Shown in pieces: positions 1 to 8,061 of a DNA stretch of 39,839 nt (position 1 is its first letter; every line of letters begins with the position of its first letter). Source of the stretch: a virus (lineage: Duplodnaviria; Caudoviricetes); the IMG/VR virus record IMGVR_UViG_3300045925_000112, positions 1 to 39,839 of that record; one strand, given 5' to 3'. Below the pieces are notes generated by a model, which saw only the letters and a list, made by a program, of their open reading frames with translations, was not told the origin of the DNA and did no database searches. A program made the position numbers and the translations under genes.

Positions 1-14
1 GTGTCCGGTCGGCA
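1..14 (+). repeat. Terminal direct repeat, left copy (GTGTCCGGTCGGCA)
   Basis: Identical to 39826-39839. Confidence 0.9.
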
Positions 15-147
15 CCGTCAGCCACAAAACGGAGCCAGGGGGCCAATGAATCCGCATAGATGCGCGGCACGCGCTGAAGCGCGCCTTTCAGCGAGCCCGC
101 CGTAAGTGTGCGAGGCCTTCGGTCACTTACACGACACCGCGCGGCGA

Positions 148-993
148 TCATCGCTGCCCGTCCGTCGCCTGCCCGTTGACGCGCAGGTGAACGTGCCGGA
201 GGAGCACGGCAGCCGCAGCGGCCTCGGCGTCGCCCGCCCTGAGATAGCGCCGCGCCGCGCTGCCCCACTTCGCTGGCCCGCCGAGCGGCCAGCCATTCCC
301 GCCCTTGCACCGATCGCAGCGCTTCCGCCGCGCGGCGTGGACCCGCACGACGACCGCGGTGAACGGCTCGCCGCATGCCTGACAGAGCGTGCGGTAGATC
401 GCGCCGACTCGCGCCGTGCTCGGCCGGCGCCGGGGCCGGCGGGCCGAGGCGAGAACCCGCGCGGTCCTGCGCACGTCGGCCGCGTGGCGCCGGACGAACG
501 CGCGCAGCATCGCCGTGCAGCTGCCGGCGGCAGAGCGGCGAGGCGCACGCCGAGCGATCAGGCCGGCGCGATTGGCCGCATCCGCGCATGGCCGGCCGCA
601 GAACCGCCCGGCATGAGAGCCCGCCCGGAGCTTCACGCGGAAGGCCTTGCCACACCGCTCGCAGTAGCAGACCGGATGCTCCGGCGGCAGCGGCCGGACG
701 CGATCGCGAGCGCCGGCCGCTGCCGCGCAACGGCGCGAGCAGTACCGCTGCTCCGGCCGCGTCGTCGTGAAGCGCCCCCCGCACTCGGGACAATCGAGGG
801 CGCGCACTGGCCGCCGCACTCCAGGCTGCGCGTAGCCGGCGCAGCTGGCCGAGCAGAACCGGCGCGATCGCGCGCGACTCGGGGTCACGGCGAACCCGGC
901 GCCACAACGCGCGCAGCGGAGCGTCACGCGCGGGCCGAGCGCCCCCGCGGGACGACCGCGGCGCGGCGCGATGAGGAGCGCGGCCAGACTCAT
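148..993 (-). CDS. Multi-zinc-finger protein (four CxxC...CxxxC/CxxC treble-clef-like units)
   Basis: CARCGAGF..FCSASC, CPECGGRF..YCSRRC, CERCGKAF..FCGRPC, CQACGEPF..CDRC; start overlaps upstream stop (ATGA). Confidence 0.7.
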   Translation of the reverse strand: MSLAALLIAPRRGRPAGALGPRVTLRCARCGAGFAVTPSRARSRRFCSASCAGYAQPGVRRPVRALDCPECGGRFTTTRPEQRYCSRRCAAAAGARDRVRPLPPEHPVCYCERCGKAFRVKLRAGSHAGRFCGRPCADAANRAGLIARRAPRRSAAGSCTAMLRAFVRRHAADVRRTARVLASARRPRRRPSTARVGAIYRTLCQACGEPFTAVVVRVHAARRKRCDRCKGGNGWPLGGPAKWGSAARRYLRAGDAEAAAAAVLLRHVHLRVNGQATDGQR

Positions 994-1364
994 CGGCGCG
1001 TTGTCGCCCGCGCGCGCGGCGCCTCGAGCGGCCGGCCCGTCGTCGCACCCCGCCGGAGCATCGCCCGGCGCGGCGCCGGCCCCGGCTCGAGGGAGAACTG
1101 CGGCACACCGTCGGCGCCGCCGTCCGCGCTCGCCCCGAACTTGTATTCGAGATGGACGGTGGTAAGAATCTTGCCCGCCGCGTTGCAGATCGCGTTCGCG
1201 CGCGCCGGCACCACGCGCGAGGCCGCGAGGTCGCCCATCAGCGCGCCGAGCCCGCGGATCAGGTCGCGGCTATTCCTGATGCCGGCGTCGAAGATCGCGC
1301 CGCACTTCGGCGCCTCGGTCGCGGTTGCGGTCGGGGTCGCGCTATCGGTCGCCTGCTCACTCAT
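990..1364 (-). CDS. Hypothetical protein (124 aa)
   Basis: ATG at 1364 (MSEQATDS...); globular-looking core; coupled to the downstream zinc-finger gene. Confidence 0.6.
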   Translation of the reverse strand: MSEQATDSATPTATATEAPKCGAIFDAGIRNSRDLIRGLGALMGDLAASRVVPARANAICNAAGKILTTVHLEYKFGASADGGADGVPQFSLEPGPAPRRAMLRRGATTGRPLEAPRARATTRR

Positions 1365-1468
1365 GGGGAGGTCCTTTCCGGGCGCGCGTCGCGCGCCAAT
1401 TCGAGCGGTGGATAAGCGGGAGCGAACCAAGGGATGCTCGTGGCACCGGGCAGAGGAGGCCCGGCCCC

Positions 1469-1642
1469 ATGAGAGAAAGCGGCGACCCACCGAACGCGTG
1501 CGAGCTCTGCGAGGTTTGCGAGGAGGCCTGCGCCTCGACGACCCGCCTCGGCCTTGCGGTCTGCGCCGGCTGCGCCGAGTGCTACGACCTGGACATCGCG
1601 CCGCTCGAGCTCGAGGCCGAGCGCGCGAGCTCGGAGCGGTAG
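1469..1642 (+). CDS. Small Cys-rich protein (57 aa)
   Basis: GAGGAGG RBS at ~1453-1459; CELCEVC...CAGCAEC. Confidence 0.55.
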   Translation: MRESGDPPNACELCEVCEEACASTTRLGLAVCAGCAECYDLDIAPLELEAERASSER

Positions 1643-1644
1643 CC

Positions 1645-1797
1645 ATGCAGGTCCACTGCGCATGGTGCGAGCAGGAAGGACGGCCGAGCCTGATGCGCAC
1701 GGCCGAGGGCGCGGGCGTGTCCCACGGTATCTGTCCCGAGCACGCCGCAGCGCTGCGCCGCGAGATACAGCGGCAGCGAGAGGCGCGCCCGGCGTAG
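1645..1797 (+). CDS. Small zinc-binding protein (50 aa)
   Basis: MQVHCAWC...SHGICPEH pattern common in small phage/bacterial Zn proteins; follows the previous ORF by 2 nt. Confidence 0.6.
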   Translation: MQVHCAWCEQEGRPSLMRTAEGAGVSHGICPEHAAALRREIQRQREARPA

Positions 1798-1800
1798 GCG

Positions 1801-2166
1801 TCACCACGTTCTGACTCCCGCCACGGCGCGGGATCGGGCTCGAGCCGCGGCCCGGTCTCGCGCCGTTTTCGCGTCATGGTGCCGGCTGCACAACGGCCGG
1901 AGGTTCTCCCACTCGTCGGTCCCGCCCTCGCTCACCGGCTTGACGTGATCCACTTCGGTCGCCAGCCGGAGCGGCGCGCCCTCGAGCGCGCAGTCTTCGC
2001 AGAACGGCCGCTCGCGCAGGACGGCGGCGCGCCGGTTGCGCCACGCCCGCGTCGAGCCGCCGCGCCCCGGCCCGAACGTGCGCGGATGCCGCGGGCACGG
2101 CCGGTCCGGCGTCACGAGGGACGGGCACCGCGGCACGCGGCACGGCTTCGGCGGCGCCGTCGCCAT
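1801..2166 (-). CDS. HNH endonuclease, packaging-associated (HK97 gp74-like)
   Basis: PPKPCRVPRC N-terminus; CEDC...EVDHVKPVSEGGTDEWENLRPLCSRHH HNH motif; near the presumed cos end. Confidence 0.9.
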   Translation of the reverse strand: MATAPPKPCRVPRCPSLVTPDRPCPRHPRTFGPGRGGSTRAWRNRRAAVLRERPFCEDCALEGAPLRLATEVDHVKPVSEGGTDEWENLRPLCSRHHDAKTARDRAAARARSRAVAGVRTW

Positions 2167-2285
2167 CAGTAGCTCGTGAACAGGCCGACGAACAGCCCGC
2201 CGAAGAACACGACGATGAACGTGGCGAGGAGCGGCAACCCGCCGAGCGCGACCGCGGCCATGACGCCGGGCTCGCACGGGCTCAC
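2166..2285 (-). CDS. Small single-pass membrane protein (39 aa)
   Basis: GTG start overlapping upstream stop; hydrophobic LPLLATFIVVFFGGLFVGLF; coupled to HNH start. Confidence 0.5.
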   Translation of the reverse strand: MSPCEPGVMAAVALGGLPLLATFIVVFFGGLFVGLFTSY

Positions 2286-2470
2286 CGCGGCGGCCTCCGC
2301 GTCGCCGTCACGGTGAGCCGGCGCACGAGCGCGGCGTCGCCCGTCTCGGCGAGGCGCCGCGCGCGGCACGCCGCGAGGGTCGGACAGGTCACCGCGCGGA
2401 CCCACCGCCCGTTGCGGAGCTCGAGCCGGCAGCCGCAGCCGGGTTCGACGACGACCGCCACCGGCTTCAT
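2282..2470 (-). CDS. Hypothetical protein (62 aa)
   Basis: Part of a chain of ORFs joined by overlapping stop/start codons. Confidence 0.45.
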   Translation of the reverse strand: MKPVAVVVEPGCGCRLELRNGRWVRAVTCPTLAACRARRLAETGDAALVRRLTVTATRRPPR

Positions 2471-2700
2471 CGCCCGTCTCGCCGGCGGCTCGCGTCGGCC
2501 CGCCGGAGCGCGTCACGCACGCCCTCGAGGGCCACGGCGACGAGCACGCCGCGCTCTCCCGCACGAGGCCGGAGCGCGTCGCCGATCGCATCCAACGTCC
2601 GGTCGATCTCGGCCGGGGTCGCCGTGCGCAGGTGCTCGGCGAGCTCGCGCCGGAGCCGCGCGACCGCGTCCTCGTTCGGGTTCGACCGCGTCCTCGTCAT
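2467..2700 (-). CDS. Hypothetical protein (77 aa)
   Basis: GGAGG upstream; ATGA overlaps at both ends; helical composition. Confidence 0.55.
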   Translation of the reverse strand: MTRTRSNPNEDAVARLRRELAEHLRTATPAEIDRTLDAIGDALRPRAGERGVLVAVALEGVRDALRRADASRRRDGR

Positions 2701-3041
2701 GGCGTCGGTCCTCCGCGCGAGGTCGAGAGACAGACCTCGCCCCATAGGCGCGCCACGTCCTGCCGGGCAGCCGGCGGGTAGGCCGAGCGCGCGGCCTCGA
2801 GGTACTCCGTGGTGCACGTTCGCAGCGTGAGCAGGCCGAGCATGCGCGCGCGCTCGTCCGAGGCGCGCCGGACCTCCGCGCGCACGCCGTCGGCGAACGA
2901 GCGCAGCGTCACGACCTGGACCGTGATCGCCGCGGCGCCGAGGACCGCGAGCGTCGCCGCGAGCATCAGGTCGCGGCCGGTGATCCGCACGGCGCCGAGC
3001 GCCGGCACGCGGAACTCGACCTCGCCGTTGCCCGGCGTCAT
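2697..3041 (-). CDS. Membrane-anchored hypothetical protein (114 aa)
   Basis: Hydrophobic LMLAATLAVLGAAAITVQVVTL followed by a helical segment; ATGA coupling. Confidence 0.55.
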   Translation of the reverse strand: MTPGNGEVEFRVPALGAVRITGRDLMLAATLAVLGAAAITVQVVTLRSFADGVRAEVRRASDERARMLGLLTLRTCTTEYLEAARSAYPPAARQDVARLWGEVCLSTSRGGPTP

Positions 3042-3199
3042 GCCGGCGTCCCGTGCGACAGCATCTCGAGAATCTCGACGGCCTCGAGGCCGACGAAGCG
3101 GACGAGCGCGCCGCACTCGCAACGGAACGCGGGCGCGCCGTCCGGCGCCGCGACGAACCGCAACCGCGTCCCGAGATGCGTGCACCGTCGCCGGGTCAC
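3038..3199 (-). CDS. Hypothetical protein (53 aa)
   Basis: GTGA coupling; CxH...CxC. Confidence 0.4.
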   Translation of the reverse strand: MTRRRCTHLGTRLRFVAAPDGAPAFRCECGALVRFVGLEAVEILEMLSHGTPA

Positions 3200-3369
3200 G
3201 GCTGGAAGATTCCCGCGTCGAGCACGGCCAGGAAGTCCTCGACGGTGGCCTGGACGCGGCGCGCGAGCTTGTCCACGGTGGCCGCGGGCACCGGCTTCGG
3301 GCGATCGGCCAGGAAATGCTCCGCGAGCGCGCGGCACTCCGGGTCGTACGGCCGCGGCGCCTCGCTCAC
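3196..3369 (-). CDS. Hypothetical protein (57 aa)
   Basis: GTGA coupling; YDPECRALAEHFL...VEDFL. Confidence 0.55.
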   Translation of the reverse strand: MSEAPRPYDPECRALAEHFLADRPKPVPAATVDKLARRVQATVEDFLAVLDAGIFQP

Positions 3370-3629
3370 GGCACGGCTCCACCGGCCGGCGGGGTCGGCT
3401 CGTCGAGGCCGAGGTGCAGCTGCGCGGGCCGGTCCTCGACGCCGGTCCGAACGACGTCGGCGAGGTCGCGGACATGGCGCTGCGCCGCTTTCTTTTCCTG
3501 CGCCATCGCGGTGCGCGCGTCTTTGTGCTCCTCCTCGAGCACGACGAGCGCGCGGACGGCCTGCGCGAGTTGCTGCGAGCGCTCGGCGATTTCCTCCGGC
3601 TCGAGACGGACGCGGACGTGGTCGGTCAT
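3366..3629 (-). CDS. Coiled-coil hypothetical phage protein (87 aa)
   Basis: GAGGAGG RBS; VRLEPEEIAERSQQLA...EEEHK heptad pattern. Confidence 0.65.
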   Translation of the reverse strand: MTDHVRVRLEPEEIAERSQQLAQAVRALVVLEEEHKDARTAMAQEKKAAQRHVRDLADVVRTGVEDRPAQLHLGLDEPTPPAGGAVP

Positions 3630-3643
3630 CGCGGTTCCTCCTC

Positions 3644-3817
3644 TCACGGCCGGAGCGGCGGCGCGCCCGCGAGAATGAACGCGACGGTGAGCAGCGCGAG
3701 CCCGAGCGCCACGAGGTTCGGGCGCACGGACGGCTGGACGTTCGCGGCGCCGAGCGCGAACACGACGAGGGCGCCGACGAGCGCGATGACATGCAACCAC
3801 GCGACGAGTGGGGTCAT
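3644..3817 (-). CDS. Two-TM small membrane protein (57 aa), holin candidate
   Basis: GGAGG RBS; two hydrophobic stretches with a short polar loop. Holin function is only a guess. Confidence 0.55.
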   Translation of the reverse strand: MTPLVAWLHVIALVGALVVFALGAANVQPSVRPNLVALGLALLTVAFILAGAPPLRP

Positions 3818-4002
3818 GGGGTCGTCCTCCTCTCGCAAACGTGCGGGTCGATCGCTGCCCCGAGGCACGGCGAACAGACCGGCGCCCGGCAGCGGGGGCA
3901 CCGATCGCAGTCGCGGCACGTCCGCGCGTCGCAGCGCGAGCAGCGCGCCGCGCGCGCGGCGCCGCAGTTATCGCAGGCGCGCGTCGCCGTCTCGCGACTC
4001 AT
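3814..4002 (-). CDS. Cys-rich small protein (62 aa)
   Basis: Five CxxC pairs; ATGA coupling on both sides. Confidence 0.5.
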   Translation of the reverse strand: MSRETATRACDNCGAARAARCSRCDARTCRDCDRCPRCRAPVCSPCLGAAIDPHVCERRTTP

Positions 4003-4274
4003 GCGGCCCCGTACACCACGTCGACGGCCTCGGCCGCGGCCTCGAGCCGGTCGGCTTCGCGCGCGCAGGCGGGACAGACCGCGCGCGGCAGGATGAATTG
4101 CAGCCGGCCGGCCGTCTCGAGCTCGGCGACGCGCTGCACGGTCACGTCGAGCTCGAGCGCGATCTGCCGGAGCGTGCGGATCGGCCCGAGCAGGCCGGCG
4201 CGCGTGAGCCAGACGAGCACGGCCCGCGGCCCGAGCGGGACGTGGACCATGCAGCGCCGCGTCCCGCGTTTCAC
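3999..4274 (-). CDS. HTH DNA-binding protein (sigma70 region 4-like) with C-terminal CxxC
   Basis: TLRQIALELDVTVQRVAELE helix-turn-helix pattern; CPAC. Confidence 0.6.
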   Translation of the reverse strand: MKRGTRRCMVHVPLGPRAVLVWLTRAGLLGPIRTLRQIALELDVTVQRVAELETAGRLQFILPRAVCPACAREADRLEAAAEAVDVVYGAA

Positions 4275-4570
4275 GGCGCGGCCTCGTTCGCGCGCCGCTG
4301 CCGGTCGTCCATGCTCTCGTCCGGCCGTCGGCCGAAGGCGCACGCGCACAACGGCGCGCCAATGAGCCGCGGGCAGTCCGCGTCATGGCGCCGGTCGACC
4401 GACGGCTCCGGCCCGCGGTACTCGCGCAGGACGGACGCCTGCAGGTCCTCGGTGACCTCGACGAGCAGCGCGTCGTCGGAGTCGCGGAGCAGGCCGATCA
4501 GGCGCAGGCGCGCCGGGAAGCCGGGCGCGAAGAACAGGTTGCGGACCTCGACCGGGACGCGGTCAGCCAT
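4271..4570 (-). CDS. Hypothetical protein (99 aa)
   Basis: GGAGG upstream; overlaps neighbours. Confidence 0.5.
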   Translation of the reverse strand: MADRVPVEVRNLFFAPGFPARLRLIGLLRDSDDALLVEVTEDLQASVLREYRGPEPSVDRRHDADCPRLIGAPLCACAFGRRPDESMDDRQRRANEAAP

Positions 4571-5189
4571 CGGAGGCCTCCGGCGCCACCGCGGCCGGGA
4601 CATCGGGCAGTAGCGCGCTGACGGGTTGCGGGCCGGGCTCGTCCGGCACCGGAGTGCGGCCGAGCGGATCCTGGTCGGTGGCGACGCCGCGCACGCGTGG
4701 CCGCGGTGGCGCGAGCAGCGACGCGCTCGAGAACGCGGCCGCGATGCCGCCGCGCCAGTCGGCGAGGACGGCTGGCGCCGGCCGGTGCGGACAGGCGCCC
4801 GCGAGGCACGCGACCGGCGTCAGCGGGAGCGATTGCGCGCCGCGGACCGCTTGCCAGAGGTCGCCGACGCGGTAGTGGGTCCACGCCGCGCAGTAGCGCG
4901 CCTCGAGCAGGCCGGCCGTCCACCGCTCGAACTCCTCGAGGTTCGACATGGCCCGCGGGTCGCTCCGCGCGAACGAGTGCCACGTACACCGCGGTGACTT
5001 CACGCCGAGGGCGCCCGGCATCCAGCAGCGCCGCTCGCCCTCGGTCCAGCTGCAGCGCAGGTCGGGCGGCTCCGACCCGCTCGAGCTCGAGGCGCCGCGC
5101 CGGCCGCGCTCGTAGCCGCAGACCTCGCAGGAGCTCGAGCGGCCGAGGTTCGCGGTGTGGCAGTCGGGACACTCCCACGGGCGGTTCAT
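4563..5189 (-). CDS. Protein with N-terminal RanBP2-type zinc finger (208 aa)
   Basis: WECPDCHTANLGRSSSCEVC fits W-x-C-x2-C-x3-N-x6-C-x2-C; ATGA-coupled to the replication gene. Confidence 0.65.
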   Translation of the reverse strand: MNRPWECPDCHTANLGRSSSCEVCGYERGRRGASSSSGSEPPDLRCSWTEGERRCWMPGALGVKSPRCTWHSFARSDPRAMSNLEEFERWTAGLLEARYCAAWTHYRVGDLWQAVRGAQSLPLTPVACLAGACPHRPAPAVLADWRGGIAAAFSSASLLAPPRPRVRGVATDQDPLGRTPVPDEPGPQPVSALLPDVPAAVAPEASDG

Positions 5190-5956
5190 GCCTCGACCCG
5201 CTCGGCCCGCTTGAGCCAGTTGTGCAGGAATTGCTGCCGGCCGCGGTCGGTGATCGCGCGACCGGGATGCGTCGCGAGGTGCGCTTCGGCTTTCAGGACC
5301 TCCGCGCCGGGGTCGATGCCGGCGTTCGCGCGGAGCTCGGCCTGCCACCACGCCGGCTCGCGCAGGTGCCGGACCTTGCCGAGCACGGGCGCGCGGTCGA
5401 GGGCGTCCACGACCGAGCCGGGGATGCGATAGGCCGGCGGGCCGGCGCCGTTGCTCGCGCCGTGTTCGTCCGGCGCCGTAACGCCGTCGGCGGGTGCCGC
5501 CTCTACACCACGAAGTGGTGTATTTCTCCTCTTATCTCGTCTCCTCTCCTCTCCTCTCCTCTTAGACCGTAACGTTTTCATGCGCTCGCGCGCGGTCGAA
5601 TCGTCCTGATATGTTCGCCAGTTGCGAAGCGTTACGGTGAACTCGCCGTAACGGTTTTGGCCCTCCTCATTTCGCGCGGTTTCCGCACTCGTTTCGTGCA
5701 CGTTTGCGCGCACGTCGACCGTAACGTTCGGGAGCCGCTCGAGCGCCGCCCGCGCGGCCTTGAGGTCGGTCACGCGGAGGACCGAACAGAACGTCCGGCC
5801 CTCGCCCGGCACGGTGAGCGTGCCGTGGGTGCCGTGCATCGCCATGTAGGCGCCGAGGAGCGCCCACCGGCCCACGTCCTCGAGCTCGAGCTCGCCGAAG
5901 TGCGGGTCGGCCAGTATCGACGCCCAGACCTTGAACCACCGCTTTTGATCGGCCAT
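5186..5956 (-). CDS. Phage replication initiator / replisome organiser (256 aa)
   Basis: KRWFKVW N-terminus; NWRTYQ...ARERMK motif; basic linker encoded by a purine run; FLHNWLKRA C-terminus; internal repeats. Confidence 0.75.
   Translation of the reverse strand: MADQKRWFKVWASILADPHFGELELEDVGRWALLGAYMAMHGTHGTLTVPGEGRTFCSVLRVTDLKAARAALERLPNVTVDVRANVHETSAETARNEEGQNRYGEFTVTLRNWRTYQDDSTARERMKTLRSKRRGEERRRDKRRNTPLRGVEAAPADGVTAPDEHGASNGAGPPAYRIPGSVVDALDRAPVLGKVRHLREPAWWQAELRANAGIDPGAEVLKAEAHLATHPGRAITDRGRQQFLHNWLKRAERVEA
5476..5726. repeat. Putative replication origin: five CCGTAACG iteron-like copies plus a strand-biased CT/AG tract
   Basis: CCGTAACG at 5476, 5567, 5646, 5719 and inverted at 5630; (CTCCT)n tract ~5526-5562; all inside the initiator gene. 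Confidence 0.65.
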
Positions 5957-5973
5957 CGCTATGACCTCCGCTG

Positions 5974-6309
5974 TCAGATCTCGCGGAGCGCGGCCTCGAG
6001 CTCGCGCATGTCGAAGGCGACGACGACGTGCACGCCCCGCGCGCGCAGCTGCTCGAGCATCTGCGCCTGCGCAGGCCGGAGCCGCCCGCCGGCCCGCTTG
6101 CACTCGACGGCGAGGAGCCGCAGCGGTGGCCCGAACACCGCGAACACGTCCGGCAGTCCCGGCTGCCCGAGCTTCACCGCCCACGGCTTGCCCTTGTAGG
6201 CGCCGAGGATCCTGCCGCTCTGATTGCGCCACGCGATCGCGCCCCGCGCGCGCAGGTAGGCGATCGCCGACGACACGAGCTCGGTTTCCTTCTCGACCAG
6301 CCGGCCCAC
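5974..6309 (-). CDS. VRR-NUC family PD-(D/E)xK nuclease / resolvase
   Basis: GLPDVF...AVECKRAGGRLRPAQ...LRARGVHVVVA. Confidence 0.85.
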   Translation of the reverse strand: MGRLVEKETELVSSAIAYLRARGAIAWRNQSGRILGAYKGKPWAVKLGQPGLPDVFAVFGPPLRLLAVECKRAGGRLRPAQAQMLEQLRARGVHVVVAFDMRELEAALREI

Positions 6310-6311
6310 GC

Positions 6312-7565
6312 CTACGCCTTGCGAGCCTTGCGCTGTTCATCGATCTTCGTGAGCGCGTCGAGGACGGCGTTGACGCCGTCGAGGGACGCGGCGCCGAGCG
6401 ACTCGACGTGCGCGTTTTGCTGGATCAGGAGCGCGCGCTCCGGCCCCGAGAGCTTGAGCCGGTCCATCGCGGCGACGACGGCCGAGCGCGCGAGCAGGAC
6501 CTCGGTGTCGTCGGTCGGCGGTGGCGCGCTCGAGCTCACACCGACGCCCGCGCCGAACGGCGGGTCCGCGGGCGGCTTCGGCGCGGGCGCGCTCGAGCTC
6601 GGCGGCGCGGACTCCGGCATGCCGACCTCGCGGTACGGGTCCGGCGCGGCCGGGCTCGCGGGCGCCGGCGCCTCCGCTCTCGATCTCGAGGCCTCCGCGT
6701 CGGCGCCGGCCGCGTCGCCCTCGAGGTCCTCGCCCAGGTCCTCGTCCTCGTGTCCGTCGGGAATGACGAGCGCCGCGAGGTTCTGCGGCTCGCCGTGCCG
6801 GACCTGCGCGTCGAGCGCGACGGCGCGCTGGAGCTCCGTCGAGGCCGGGAGCAGGCGGCAGAGCCGGCGCAGGACGGTCTTGAGCGCCATCTCGTCGAAG
6901 TTGGTCGCCCAGGCCGACTCCGCGGTGACGTGCGCGTAGCGGTCGCGGTGCGCCTCCACGTCGGCGCGGGTCATGACCTCGAATTGCACGCCACCGTCGC
7001 GCAGGCGGCACGCCGCGTAGACGTGGGTGAGCGCGCGCAGGACCTCGACCCGCTTGCCGTCCTTCTCGACGAATGACCGGAGCGGCTCCTCCGACGGTTC
7101 GTGCACGAGCTTCGGGTCGAGCCCGTAGGAGTAGGTGAACGCGTCGCCCGCATACACCGGGCGCGCGTGGATCGTGGAGATGTCGCCGCTCCGGCGCGCG
7201 AGCGCGAGCAGGCCGCGGTAACCGGGAATCACCGTGACCTCGACCGTGCCGCGGCGCCGGTTCTTGAACGGCACCAAGTAGATCTGCCCGAGGACGCCGG
7301 GCTCGAGCCCGAGCTGGGCGCACTGAATCAGCGCGCCGAGCAGCGAGCGCGTGGTGCACTTGTAGAGGTCCGGCGTTTTCGAGAACTCGGTGAACGCGGC
7401 GCGCAGGAAGCGCTGCGGGTTCATAAACGCGGGCAGCGCCATCTCGATCTGTTTCTGCTGCGCGAGCAGGTACCCGCGGACGGTCTCAATCTGGCCCGCT
7501 TTCTGGCCAGCGAGACTCGAGGGCGCCGCGCGGCGGGCCGGCGTGGACGTATTCGGTGCGCTCAT
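6312..7565 (-). CDS. recT: RecT family single-strand annealing protein
   Basis: CTTRSLLGALIQCAQLGLEPG, IYLVPF, IPGYRGLLALARRSG, W..NFDEMALKTVLRRL. Confidence 0.93.
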   Translation of the reverse strand: MSAPNTSTPARRAAPSSLAGQKAGQIETVRGYLLAQQKQIEMALPAFMNPQRFLRAAFTEFSKTPDLYKCTTRSLLGALIQCAQLGLEPGVLGQIYLVPFKNRRRGTVEVTVIPGYRGLLALARRSGDISTIHARPVYAGDAFTYSYGLDPKLVHEPSEEPLRSFVEKDGKRVEVLRALTHVYAACRLRDGGVQFEVMTRADVEAHRDRYAHVTAESAWATNFDEMALKTVLRRLCRLLPASTELQRAVALDAQVRHGEPQNLAALVIPDGHEDEDLGEDLEGDAAGADAEASRSRAEAPAPASPAAPDPYREVGMPESAPPSSSAPAPKPPADPPFGAGVGVSSSAPPPTDDTEVLLARSAVVAAMDRLKLSGPERALLIQQNAHVESLGAASLDGVNAVLDALTKIDEQRKARKA

Positions 7566-8004
7566 GGGGGTCCTCCTTCGGTCGGAACGTGTCCAGGTAT
7601 GCGAGCGCCACCGCGAGGCGCCTCGAGGTCGTCATGCGCGCCGCGCGATCGCGCGCGCGCCAGACGGCGACGTCGTCGTCGTCGATCGCCTCCTCGGGCG
7701 GTGGCGTGATGGTCGGGGTGTAGAACCGCTGCCGATGGCACGGGCACGTCCGCCACGCGCGCGTCGGCACCGGGCCGAGGACGGCGTCGAGGTCGGCGCG
7801 CACGTCGGCGAGCATGCGGTCGCGCTGCCACATTGCCACGCGGAGCGCGAGGTCGCCGCGATCGCGGAGCCAGCGCCACTTCGCGCGGAAGCGCTCGAGG
7901 CGCCACGCGCGGAACATCGCGCGGTCGGCGTCGGTCCAGGTTTCCGGGTGATACGCGTTGAGCTCATGCGCGTCGCACCACTCGACGTAGCCGGACGGGA
8001 TCAC
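7486..8004 (-). CDS. Hypothetical Trp-rich protein
   Basis: Fills the gap upstream of recT; plausible composition but overlaps recT by 80 nt. Confidence 0.45.
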   Translation of the reverse strand: MIPSGYVEWCDAHELNAYHPETWTDADRAMFRAWRLERFRAKWRWLRDRGDLALRVAMWQRDRMLADVRADLDAVLGPVPTRAWRTCPCHRQRFYTPTITPPPEEAIDDDDVAVWRARDRAARMTTSRRLAVALAYLDTFRPKEDPHERTEYVHAGPPRGALESRWPESGPD

Positions 8005-8061
8005 GGCGCGCGCCTCGAGCTCGAGGCCGAGCGCTGCGCGCGCGCCGTGATCCGCCTCATG

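Noticed and set aside
1-14. Terminal 14-mer as attL/attR of an integrated prophage
   Set aside because: The integrase and its arm-type repeats are 11 kb inside, the ends fall at the packaging region, and no host genes flank them.
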